Both the position numbers and the translations under genes were made by a program. DNA of 64,000 nt from IMG/VR virus record IMGVR_UViG_3300028783_000001, positions 96,001-160,000 of that record; one strand, 5' to 3'. A model generated the notes under the pieces. The model did no database searches. It saw only the letters and a list, made by a program, of their open reading frames with translations, and had not been told where the DNA came from. Every line of letters begins with the position of its first letter. Positions within the stretch are counted from its first letter, which is position 1. The stretch is from a virus. Below are positions 18,679 through 27,833 of the stretch, piece by piece.

Positions 18679-21600
18679 TCACGATAGGATTGTTAGGGCG
18701 AGCGACGTTGCACCAGCCTGTAGGCACGACGCGATGTCTGCTATACTAATGTCACCAACACCAACACCGCGTGAGGAATCAGCACTACTCGCCTTACCCT
18801 CCGACTCATTGTTTGGTGCAGGCGGTGATTGATTTGATTCCGCGAGCGACGACGGCTCGGTATCTCCCCCACCACCGCCCGACGCCGATGCTGAAGCTGT
18901 AGGAGTTGTTGTTGTAGTCGGAGTGGGCGTAGGTGCAGACGATGCGCTGGATGTAGGTGTAGCTGCCGCGCTCGGAGTGTTTGAGTTCCCCGCCGTAGCA
19001 TCTGATGGTGTAGTTGCCGACGGTGCAGAGGTCGTGCTAGAGGCCGTAGCTGTTGCGGCCGCAGGCGCAGGTGTAGCTGTAGCAGGCTCTGCACTAGCAG
19101 CTGGTGTAGTTGTGTTAGATACGTTTGCTTGCGTAGGCGTATCTGAAGAGGCAACGTCCTTAGTTGCGGGCGTAGCTGAATTTCCCCCAGCTGCCATGTT
19201 TGCTGGTGTGCCGCCCCACGTGGGATCAGCAGGGTCCGCCGCGCTCGCCTTGTTCACCGACTTAGTTGTTGCATTTGGTGCGGCCGGCTGCGCTGGTGTA
19301 GCCTGGCCCTGCTGTCCGTTGGTTGGTGTAGAACCATCCGACTTCCCAGATTTTGCTGGTGCAGCTGGATTCTGAGATGGGTCTGCATTCTTATTTCCAG
19401 AGGAGAATGCTGGGTCGAGACTGGCATTTCCGGTATCGTTTAAGCGGTGCAGGGTGTAGTTGTCGTAACCCGGTAGAATTTTGGACTGCTTTCCATCGGA
19501 TACCCAAGTTCCATTTCCGATGTAAGTCTGGATATGACCCTTTCCACTAGCATGCCCACCAGATGCAGAGACGACGTCACCAACCTTCCACTGTGACTGG
19601 TCGTGCATGTAATCCTTACCGATTGGCTGTGCATCTGCATACTTACCGCTCTTTTGCAACACACCATTGTTTGCATAGGCGTCGGCGTCACCACTGTGAG
19701 AAAACTTGGTTCCACCTGTCATGGCGGAGGCCGCACTCAGTGCTCCCTGAACGCAACCGCCGCGCATGCTCTTAGTTCCCTCCGCACCGTAGCTTGGACG
19801 CTTGGTTCCCTCAGCCCAGTCACGCTTTGCGATGTCCTTAGCGTTTGCGAGCATGGCCTCCTGGGCCTTGGGATCAATCTTTCCCTGCGGCGTCGACGCC
19901 GCTGGTTGCGCCGGCGCACCAGTCTTAGGGTCCCACGATGAGGATGCACCAGCACCACCGGCTGATCCTCCACCAGGCTTTACACCAACCCCATGTGGTG
20001 AGGATGAAACAGCCTTTGATCCATCAGGATTGTCTGCTAGCTTGCTGTAATAGTCGCCATACTTTCCTGCTAGTGCGCCGCGCTCGCGACTATTTTGACC
20101 ACCTGGCATGCGGTCTCGCGCACGCTCCCAGTGCTGAAGCCACCAGTCTGATTTCTGTTGCGACGTTCCCTTACCGTTTTTAAACTCCTCCATCTCCTTG
20201 GGAGATACCTTCGATAGGCTAGATGGCTCGTGGTTTAGGGCATAGTCGACCTGGACCTTGTGGTCATATGGATTCAGCTTGTTCTGTGCAGCGTAGTTTT
20301 TAAACGCATCCTGGCGGTCACCGTTTAACTGGAACAGGCCAAAACTACGCTCACCATGATTATTCTCAGCACTACTCTTGAACCCTTGGCTCTCGACATT
20401 AGCGTTGCCGGCAAGAGCGGCAGCAGCCGCGTGGTTGGCCCCAGACGACCGAGCAGCGTTCATTACCATTGCGGCGCGCTGGTAGTTTTCTGCAGAATAA
20501 TTGGATGTGCCTCTTGCCCAGTTAATCTTGGTAGGGTCTCCTGGAACCTGCTTTCCCCCACCCTGGTCTGGGGCGGCGGTCGACCCTGCTGGTGTAAGTG
20601 TTCCTTCCTGACGTGGGAGGTCAAGTGCACCACCTTGCTGCATGAATGCTGGCGATTGCGGCGTACCACTATAACCACCCTTTGGTGTCGGTGTCTGCGT
20701 CGCGTTGTTTTGCTGCGCACCAAACATGTCGGTGGCAGTAGTGTTCGTTCCAGCCGGACCAAAGCCAAACTGCGCTGGACCTGTTCCAATCGCCGGTTGA
20801 CCAGGAGTGGGTTTTGTAGGATCGGCTTGTGGGCCTGGGCCTACATACGCATTGGGTAGCGGAACGGTCGTCAGATCAGGTGGAAGGTTTGGCGACTTTC
20901 CCGATGGCGTGTTGGTGTATCCACCAACGCTTGGATGATGACGCTGCCCATTAAACCCCTGGGTATTCATCTTTGGTGCCGATGCACCTTCGTTACCACC
21001 AGCACCACTCTTGGCGGGCGTCTTCGAGGTAGACTCCTCACCACCAGTCCCGCCGGCCCACGTTGGCAGCTTAGACAGCACCCACTTCTTCAGCTCGCCT
21101 AACCACTCAAGTGCCAGTGACGATAGGTTATGAACGCTGATCGCTGCACGTAAATTTGTAGATACGGTATCCAGCCACGCGTTTAGGTTTGTCCCTTGCC
21201 TCGACATCCATTCGCCAATGATGGTCTTGTATTTGCTGACCGACGTCTTGATTCCTTCCCACGTCTCCTGGATCATATGACCAGCGATGGATAGTGCCTT
21301 GCCGCTGGTCACGCTCTCCCACGCCGACTTAGCACCGTCTATTACAGACTTCCCAGTATCCGCGATAAAGGATCGTGTCGACTCCCACGAACTGCTAATC
21401 TTATCTGTGGCACGGTCCCACACGCGCGTCCAGCCGCTAACAATCTTAGCACCGACGCGGCCCCAGCTAGTCTTACCGTGCTCCCATATGTCTTGCGTGG
21501 TATTTAGTAGCCAGGCCGTTCCCGCACCAGCCGCAGCACCAACTACGGCACCTGGAATACCAGCAACCATAAAACCAAACCCACCACCCATCTCTGCGGC

Positions 21601-22107
21601 GGACAACAGGCTTGTGCGACCAGTCTTACGGTGGCTGCTGTAGACTCCGTAGGCACCGTGCGCGGTAGCTAGTGGGGCGGCTATCATGCCAAGGAGCCTA
21701 CCAGCCTTGCTCAGCAACGGCTTGGCATACTTAGCAAAGAGCGCACCCTCAGCGAAGTCTAGGATGCTGCTTCCTCCTCCACCTCCACCACCACCACCGG
21801 TTGATGCGGTTGCACCATTATCACTAGTTGGGCTACTAGCGTTTGCCGCAGCGACAGCCTTGGCACGCTCGGAAGGTGCAGCTGGATCCCTGGCTGTTAT
21901 GGCGGCAGCGGTAGCGGCAGCCTTCTGCCCAGCAAGCACCTTCTCGACCGACTTGGTAAGCCGCGTCAGTCGCTGAATAACAGTTCCCACAATCAGCGTT
22001 GCACCTACGCTCTTGTTGCTTAGAACAAGAGTCGCCTCAGTGACCGGGTGCCCCTTGGCCCCCCGGTCTTTCTGCATAAAGGATGCTGCTTGTGATACTG
22101 ATATCAT
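18679..22107 (-). CDS. Tape-measure-like protein with phage-tail lysozyme and CHAP/NlpC-like domains
   Basis: Trp-periodic helical region; AAALAGNANVES..SFGLFQLNGDR lysozyme motif; GGCVQG...GDVV..GHIQTYIGNGTWVSD amidase motif; follows the tail chaperone. Confidence 0.75.
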   Translation of the reverse strand: MISVSQAASFMQKDRGAKGHPVTEATLVLSNKSVGATLIVGTVIQRLTRLTKSVEKVLAGQKAAATAAAITARDPAAPSERAKAVAAANASSPTSDNGATASTGGGGGGGGGSSILDFAEGALFAKYAKPLLSKAGRLLGMIAAPLATAHGAYGVYSSHRKTGRTSLLSAAEMGGGFGFMVAGIPGAVVGAAAGAGTAWLLNTTQDIWEHGKTSWGRVGAKIVSGWTRVWDRATDKISSSWESTRSFIADTGKSVIDGAKSAWESVTSGKALSIAGHMIQETWEGIKTSVSKYKTIIGEWMSRQGTNLNAWLDTVSTNLRAAISVHNLSSLALEWLGELKKWVLSKLPTWAGGTGGEESTSKTPAKSGAGGNEGASAPKMNTQGFNGQRHHPSVGGYTNTPSGKSPNLPPDLTTVPLPNAYVGPGPQADPTKPTPGQPAIGTGPAQFGFGPAGTNTTATDMFGAQQNNATQTPTPKGGYSGTPQSPAFMQQGGALDLPRQEGTLTPAGSTAAPDQGGGKQVPGDPTKINWARGTSNYSAENYQRAAMVMNAARSSGANHAAAAALAGNANVESQGFKSSAENNHGERSFGLFQLNGDRQDAFKNYAAQNKLNPYDHKVQVDYALNHEPSSLSKVSPKEMEEFKNGKGTSQQKSDWWLQHWERARDRMPGGQNSRERGALAGKYGDYYSKLADNPDGSKAVSSSPHGVGVKPGGGSAGGAGASSSWDPKTGAPAQPAASTPQGKIDPKAQEAMLANAKDIAKRDWAEGTKRPSYGAEGTKSMRGGCVQGALSAASAMTGGTKFSHSGDADAYANNGVLQKSGKYADAQPIGKDYMHDQSQWKVGDVVSASGGHASGKGHIQTYIGNGTWVSDGKQSKILPGYDNYTLHRLNDTGNASLDPAFSSGNKNADPSQNPAAPAKSGKSDGSTPTNGQQGQATPAQPAAPNATTKSVNKASAADPADPTWGGTPANMAAGGNSATPATKDVASSDTPTQANVSNTTTPAASAEPATATPAPAAATATASSTTSAPSATTPSDATAGNSNTPSAAATPTSSASSAPTPTPTTTTTPTASASASGGGGGDTEPSSLAESNQSPPAPNNESEGKASSADSSRGVGVGDISIADIASCLQAGATSLALTILS

Positions 22108-22111
22108 GCCG

Positions 22112-22288
22112 TTAGCGCCTCTTGGGCTTGTTCTTGTTTGTCAATGCAACGAGCCTCGCCTGTGATAGGTCCGTCTCTAGGATGTTGCTCCAATGCATGA
22201 ACCACGAGAACGGTATGCCGGTCACTGGTAGCTTCGTGTGCATCGCCACATTGTACATGCGGTTCAGCACATCCTCAAGGCTAGATAT
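22112..22288 (-). CDS. Short tail-chaperone partner ORF (possible +1 frameshift extension, or independent ATG at 22258)
   Basis: Frame overlaps the end of 22281-23327 and ends just before the tape-measure start. Confidence 0.6.
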   Translation of the reverse strand: MSSLEDVLNRMYNVAMHTKLPVTGIPFSWFMHWSNILETDLSQARLVALTNKNKPKRR

Positions 22289-23327
22289 AGGGAAACATGC
22301 TAAAGAGGTTGAAGGCCAGTGGCACCTCCTCGGCCTTAGCTTTTGGAGTTTGTCCTGCATCAATCAAGTCTTGGATGCGCTTGGCCTCTGCCAGCGATGC
22401 CTCAGAGTCTGAGTTGCGCAGAAATTCCAACGCAGCTACCGGCTCAAACTGGGTATCGATAATGGAGGCAATCTCCTGAAGGCCGAAGTTTTGATACGTC
22501 TCAGCAAACTTGTCGATGTCCTCGAAGATTTGAAACTTGGTACCCCTTCCGATTTCCTGCAGGCGGTTTATACGTGCAGTTACGGTTGGGATGCGATCAC
22601 CCTTCGACTTCAGCGCTTCAATCTCAGCAGACAGCGGAGCCGGGTCGATGAACTGCGCCCGGTCAAATAGGTACATCGTGTCCTCTTCGATGGCGTTAAT
22701 CTCGACGGTTTCTAGGTCACGTGCTGTGGGAACCGCAAACCCCTTGCTGATATCAGCCAGGTAGTCGGCACGGTTCTTGTCGAGTCGCGTCTCCTTGATG
22801 TTCGTGCTGTTGACGTTTACGTCGATTCTGTTTCCATACCAGGAGAGCCATTGCACCTTGACGCTCGTATTTGCGTAGCTGTTGCGGCGGTGCCACAGGC
22901 ACAGGGCACGGAAGTCGCCAATGGATAGCTCACGCGAGTCACGGTTGCAGGTGCTGGCGATGACGTCGAGAATCAGTGAGATGTTCTTGTGCCGCACGGC
23001 GCGAGCCAGCTTCGCCTGATCCATCGGTTCAAAACGACGGACGCTGATGCTAGACCAGTCGTAGAAGATGAAGCTCGATGGCAGGTCTACCTGTTCCCAC
23101 GACGAGTCTAGCACTACGCCCGATGCATCAAGTGGCGTAGACTCCTCAGTCGGGTTTGGGTTCTTATCTGGAACCAGCTCGACGTATGCCTGCTGTGGCG
23201 GCTGAGCGGCCTTGACAGCTAAGTGCTTACGAAACTCGGCGTTTGCCTTGTCGCGCTCTGCCTGGATCTCCGCTGCCAACTTGGCATTTGCCGGGCGACC
23301 TGGCCTGGGCGTAAATTTTGACGACAT
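22281..23327 (-). CDS. Tail/baseplate hub assembly chaperone (T4 gp26-like)
   Basis: VDLPSSFIFY..ISVRRF...ELSIGDFRALCLWHRRNSY motif; located between tube and tape measure. Confidence 0.7.
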   Translation of the reverse strand: MSSKFTPRPGRPANAKLAAEIQAERDKANAEFRKHLAVKAAQPPQQAYVELVPDKNPNPTEESTPLDASGVVLDSSWEQVDLPSSFIFYDWSSISVRRFEPMDQAKLARAVRHKNISLILDVIASTCNRDSRELSIGDFRALCLWHRRNSYANTSVKVQWLSWYGNRIDVNVNSTNIKETRLDKNRADYLADISKGFAVPTARDLETVEINAIEEDTMYLFDRAQFIDPAPLSAEIEALKSKGDRIPTVTARINRLQEIGRGTKFQIFEDIDKFAETYQNFGLQEIASIIDTQFEPVAALEFLRNSDSEASLAEAKRIQDLIDAGQTPKAKAEEVPLAFNLFSMFPYI

Positions 23328-23352
23328 GTTGTATTCCTCTTACAGGTTTAAA

Positions 23353-23913
23353 TTATCCAGTAACGGTGGTGAAGGTTGGTGTTGCCGTATTACCTAGAGT
23401 TAGTACGCCGATTGAATCTACTGCAAACGACACTGTTGGCATGATATGCTGGGTAGCAGTACCATCGAAGTCGTAACCATCAATTTTCGCAGGCATGCAG
23501 TCGGTCCAGGTAAACGTGCAATCTACCGCTCCTGTATAGTCGATTGCCTGCAGCGATATCTGCTGCTTATAACCATTGGTTCCACCGGGGAGACCAAATA
23601 CCCCATTATCAGAGACGACGATGTCAATCCACGAACGGAACGCAGACGCGACATCGTAGCTGATATCCTCCGCAAACGTCAGTGATATGTTATCGACCGA
23701 CCAGCCGGTGGGAAAGTGGCGTACACCTGCCTGAAATACGATTGGCTCGACGTCTAGATTCTTCTGAGATGCGGTTATGCGCTGCACCATAAACGATAGC
23801 TGTTGCGCCGTTACCTTACTACCAGGTATGGTAGGAAACTGCACGATAAAGCGCCACGACGGTGCTGGTGTTACACTCGTATTGATGTTTGTGTAAGATA
23901 TTCCAGCCATCAT
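23353..23913 (-). CDS. Tail tube protein paralogue 2 (gp19-like)
   Basis: RFIVQF...ISLTFAED..FRSWID..YKQQISLQ..TFTWTDCMP..TVSFAVD; same MAGI.Y start as 24133-24657. Confidence 0.8.
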   Translation of the reverse strand: MMAGISYTNINTSVTPAPSWRFIVQFPTIPGSKVTAQQLSFMVQRITASQKNLDVEPIVFQAGVRHFPTGWSVDNISLTFAEDISYDVASAFRSWIDIVVSDNGVFGLPGGTNGYKQQISLQAIDYTGAVDCTFTWTDCMPAKIDGYDFDGTATQHIMPTVSFAVDSIGVLTLGNTATPTFTTVTG

Positions 23914-24132
23914 ATGACCTCATAGACGCGCAAAACCGAGCAAGCTGCGCAATGGCAGACTAGCTCGGTCCATACGTGTGTGGTGGTGATTCTGCTCATG
24001 ACGGTGCGTCCCTTCTATGGCTGATGCCGATAGTTTTTCCGACGCAACGTAACTTACAGGTTCACAAGAGGGTTACTGCGTCGAGGTAGTGGATGCATTA
24101 CTGAATATAGCTGCAAATATGTTTGTAATGGA

Positions 24133-24657
24133 TCATATCACTGTGACGCCGTTTAGGCGCATGCGGTCAAACGTAAACGTTACCTGAACGATGAAGGGGT
24201 TGGCAGAGGAGCCGTCCAGCTGCGTCTGTGGCTTCTGGCTGGGCCACAGGTTATCAAACTGGTAGGCGAGGGCAGTCGCGCCTGTGTTGTCGAGCACGTT
24301 TAGCGTTCCGACCGTGACGTAACCAGCCTTGGCGGTCGCGCTGTCCTCAGACTCGGCACCGACGATGTTTTCCATCCACGTGGCGATGGTGCTGCTGACG
24401 ATCATGTCTGACGTCTCTACAAACGAAACTCCAAGAGCCTTGTCGTAGACGCGCCGGCCGCGATAGCTAAATTCCATACCGTGGATCTGAAGCAGCATCG
24501 GCTCAATGCTCTCTTCAGGAACTACTACCTGTTGGCAGCGCAACATGAGGTCAGCGTTGGTTCCAGTGCCGCCGATAGGGACGATCAGCAGTTGGAATCG
24601 ATCTGTCGGGATGATGTCGGGCAGTGCGTTGAATGCCGAATATGCGATGCCGGCCAT
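24133..24657 (-). CDS. Tail tube protein (gp19-like)
   Basis: RFQLLI..LRCQQVVVP..YRGRRVY..SFVET..FDNLWP..VTFTFD. Confidence 0.85.
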   Translation of the reverse strand: MAGIAYSAFNALPDIIPTDRFQLLIVPIGGTGTNADLMLRCQQVVVPEESIEPMLLQIHGMEFSYRGRRVYDKALGVSFVETSDMIVSSTIATWMENIVGAESEDSATAKAGYVTVGTLNVLDNTGATALAYQFDNLWPSQKPQTQLDGSSANPFIVQVTFTFDRMRLNGVTVI

Positions 24658-24720
24658 GGTTGTTCTCCTGGTATGGTAGTGGGCTTGGTAGCAAGCCGGA
24701 TGGCATGATCAAAATTGGTA

Positions 24721-25245
24721 CTATGGATTGCTCTCGGATTCCGGTGGGTGAACGATGCACCGCTTGTCGGCCTTCAACATCCATAGGAGTTGTGTGGGTG
24801 TAGTGATCTGATCGGCGTCTAGCATGCGGCACCACTTGACCTTGGGATTGACCAGGGAGCTGATTACCACCATGGAGCATATAAACTCCTTGGCGCAGTG
24901 GAGCGGCAACCCAAATAGTATGCCGATGGCAGCCTCGTCGTCAAATTTGGAACCTACGATACTGAATAGGTAGTTGACCCAGTTGGCGTATTGATCAGCC
25001 GTCATGGGCAGGTCAATGAATTGCTGATCGGTGGTTCCGCTGTTGTACCACTCGTTGTTTGGGTAGTGTTGCACGCCAATGTTTATGATTGACGCAACTA
25101 TCGTTCCGTCGGAAAGGACTGCCTCGGCGTGGGCGAACTGCGCACCCTGCTCCAGGACGATAAACTCTGAAAGCAGATTCTTACGACCTAGTGTAAAGCG
25201 AATCCGCGCCGTGTTCTTGGGTGGGATCTTTGCAAAAAGTGTCAT
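24721..25245 (-). CDS. Permuted papain-like (YiiX/YebB-type NlpC/P60) hydrolase
   Basis: Likely start ATG 25245 (GAGGA). His before Cys: FAHAEAV ... VGSKFD ... EFICSMVV ... ITTPTQL. Confidence 0.7.
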   Translation of the reverse strand: MTLFAKIPPKNTARIRFTLGRKNLLSEFIVLEQGAQFAHAEAVLSDGTIVASIINIGVQHYPNNEWYNSGTTDQQFIDLPMTADQYANWVNYLFSIVGSKFDDEAAIGILFGLPLHCAKEFICSMVVISSLVNPKVKWCRMLDADQITTPTQLLWMLKADKRCIVHPPESESNP

Positions 25246-25298
25246 TGCACAATCCTCAGGTAGGAGGGGCGGCTTTCTAGCCACCCCTTGTGGTCGTA

Positions 25299-27833
25299 CT
25301 AGTACATACCATTCGCGGCAGCCATTTCGATGGTGAAGGTGGCGGACTGACGCGTAACAACCACGTCTAGCTGGATGTACAAGATGCTGAGGGTCGGCTT
25401 GATCCACAACGCTACCTTACACACACGCTGGTCGATCACTTGAGGCGTGTTGTTCGTCGCGTCGCACTGGACGTAGAAGTCGGTTATCCCCATCGCGTCT
25501 TCAATTGGCTGCAGGATCGCATTCTCGACGGTCTGGATCGTGTGCCAGGTGAATGGATTGTTGGGCTCAAACACCGAGTAGGCGCAGACGTTTACGGACT
25601 CCGTAACTACGATGATGATGAGCCGAACCACCGGCACCGACTGAAGCGCACTCATCTCCTGCTGAAGCGTATACTCGCCCCAGATGGTGAAGGCTGCACC
25701 AAACTTACGGATACAGTTTACCTGCGCCGCCGACATCAGGTCGCGATCACCCTCGACGTATGTCACGCGAAGGGCTAGTGCTGTATTGATGAGACCGCGC
25801 GTGAGACCGGCTGGGGCCCACCAAGCGGCGGCGACCTTATCCGTGTAGGCGTATTGACATGCAACCAGTCCACTTGGTGGAACATAGCGGCGCGCGCCCA
25901 TTTGGGAATCGTAGATCAGGATATCTGGAGAGTAGATTGCGCCCCAGAAGCTTGATATGTTCATCACGTTTTGGCGGTAGTTTACAGCCGCTGCTGGAGT
26001 CTGCTGATCGGACGGCATGTCCAGAACAGAGATGCAATCCATGCGTGCAGCCGCGAGGTTTAGCATACACTGATGCACTTCTGGAGTGGCATAGCCGCCG
26101 TTGATCAGGATACGAACTGTGACTTGGTCGGTATTTGCAAAGTCGGCCCAGCCATTTACGACCTGTGCCGTCGATGGTAGGGAGCCGTCCGATCCACCAC
26201 CAAGGTAGCATGCGGTGTTTAGCGCGCATACTGGCTGCGTCGCGGCGTTTACCGTTCCAGAGAATAGTGGATTCACATTCACCTTCACGCGCGGCGAGGC
26301 GTTTGCACTGGTATTGATTACATACTCAAACCCAGTAGGATTGCCGAGACCGTCGATGCCGTTGGCAAAGGTGCAGGAATAGAGTTCTGTCGGCTGAGCA
26401 AACGTGAAGCTCTCATAGACCACGAAGTTGAAGCCGTTGGTGCTCGGCGTGTTGTTTAGTGTTACCGTATAGGTGATGGTAGCTTGTGTCACTCCGAGCG
26501 TAACAGCTAGAGCGGAGATGGAGAGTATTGTAGCGGAGTCTGGGGCAATGAGCGTGACGATGCGGTTACCAGACGTTCCGTTGTTGGCATTTGTTACGGC
26601 GGCAGTAGCACCAGGGAACGCTGTGGTGTAGGCTGCGCAGAGGGCAGTCAGCGTATCATTGTTGGTAGCGTTTGTAGTTCCGTCAAACGTCGCGGAGAAT
26701 GTGGTGCCATTGATCGTAGCGGTGACCACGTTGTTTATTAGCAGAGCACCAGAGAAGCTTAGCTGCACGCGCTGCGGAGTTCCAACGTCGACGTTTGTGA
26801 TTCCACATGCGATACCAGCTTGGCCGTAGGAATTTCCCTTGGCCGACCATGATCCTGGATTCTCCGCAACGACAAACGCGAGCCAGTCGGCTTCGTAAAT
26901 GTTCGAGGTTGGAGCACCCGCGCCGGTAATGACAGCTGAGATTGTCATTACAATGGCCTCAGGAGAGATTACGCGGATGATGGGATAATTTGTTCCGAGC
27001 GGAACTACATAAGCGAGCCCGCCACCGGCGAGACCGTCGAGCACGGTCTGGATCGACTGGGCTACTGCATTGATGGTCGTGTTGTGATCTGTGGCGAAGT
27101 TTACCACCGTACCAGATACGCTGTTGATCGTGATGGTGCAGACGCTACCGGAGACGAATAGGCCGGTAAACTCGATGTCCTGGACGTCGCGATTGACCTG
27201 CGTGTAGTCGTATTGCGACCCCGCTGGCATCGTAGTGAAGTTTGTGCCGGCTGCATTACCACCAATAGTGTTGTTGCTTAGCAGACCGAGACCGTAGGTA
27301 ACATCGGCAGATACCACGCGGTCCATCCAAAGGCTAGTGCTCTCCAACAGGAAGGCGTAGGCCGAGTCTAACATGTAGCCGATCTGTGGGTTTGGCAGAC
27401 CATACGTCTGAACGCCCTGATTGTAGCTCGATACGAAGTTTGGACCGATTGGCCCACGCATTGCTGCACCAACGATGGCTCCGATGCTATCATTGACGTA
27501 GGATGGCTGTAGGCTGTCGTCGATGATGCGTGGATAGCAAATGTTCAACGGGGTTCACTACGCCCCACCCGCTCTTTCGAGCTGCTGCATGTTGCCATGC
27601 AGATCAGACTATATCACGGTCCTGTAAGGACCCTCTTCGTTTCGAGCACCAATCGTTTGTGCTCTACTCCCTTGCGGGATAGTCGTTAGAGGTTTTCCGC
27701 TTTCCAGACTAGCTGGTAGGCTTCTTTCCTACGGGATTGGGTCAGTGACCGTTCCCCGTTTAGAAGAGTTTGCTGAGGTAGTTACCTACTTCAGGCGCCG
27801 ATCCTTAACGCCGGGTGACACTCTGAAAGTCAT
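25299..27833 (-). CDS. Tail sheath protein, spliced: join(27833..27808, 27537..25299), 754 aa
   Basis: Splicing gives MTFRVSPGV|YPRIIDDS (canonical SPGVY sheath start); GAAMRGPIG, YVPPSG, WWAPAGLTRG, IWGEYTL, VFEPN motifs. Confidence 0.92.
27538..27807 (-). mobile_element. Group I self-splicing intron (270 nt, no ORF, IA-like)
   Basis: P1 GGCGU/GCGCC with U.G at the 5' splice site; P3 CUCUUC/GAAGAG; AAACGGGGAAC and AAUCCCGUAGG (P4-P6); P7 GACUA/UAGUC within AACGACUA and GAUAUAGUCUG; P7.1, P7.2, P8 and P9 hairpins; terminal G; P10 GGAU/AUCC; removal restores the frame. Confidence 0.95.

Noticed and set aside
24015-24060. Hammerhead ribozyme suggested by CTGATG
   Set aside because: The core needs CUGANGA and a GAAA strand in the right arrangement; neither is present.
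27537-27548. ORF-track start (TTG, MNICYPR) for the sheath
   Set aside because: It lies inside the intron 3' end and has no RBS; splicing supplies the canonical SPGVY N-terminus.
10794-27833. Bacterial contractile injection system, tailocin or T6SS
   Set aside because: Portal, protease, scaffold, capsid and phage-type tRNA genes are present, so this is a phage virion module.
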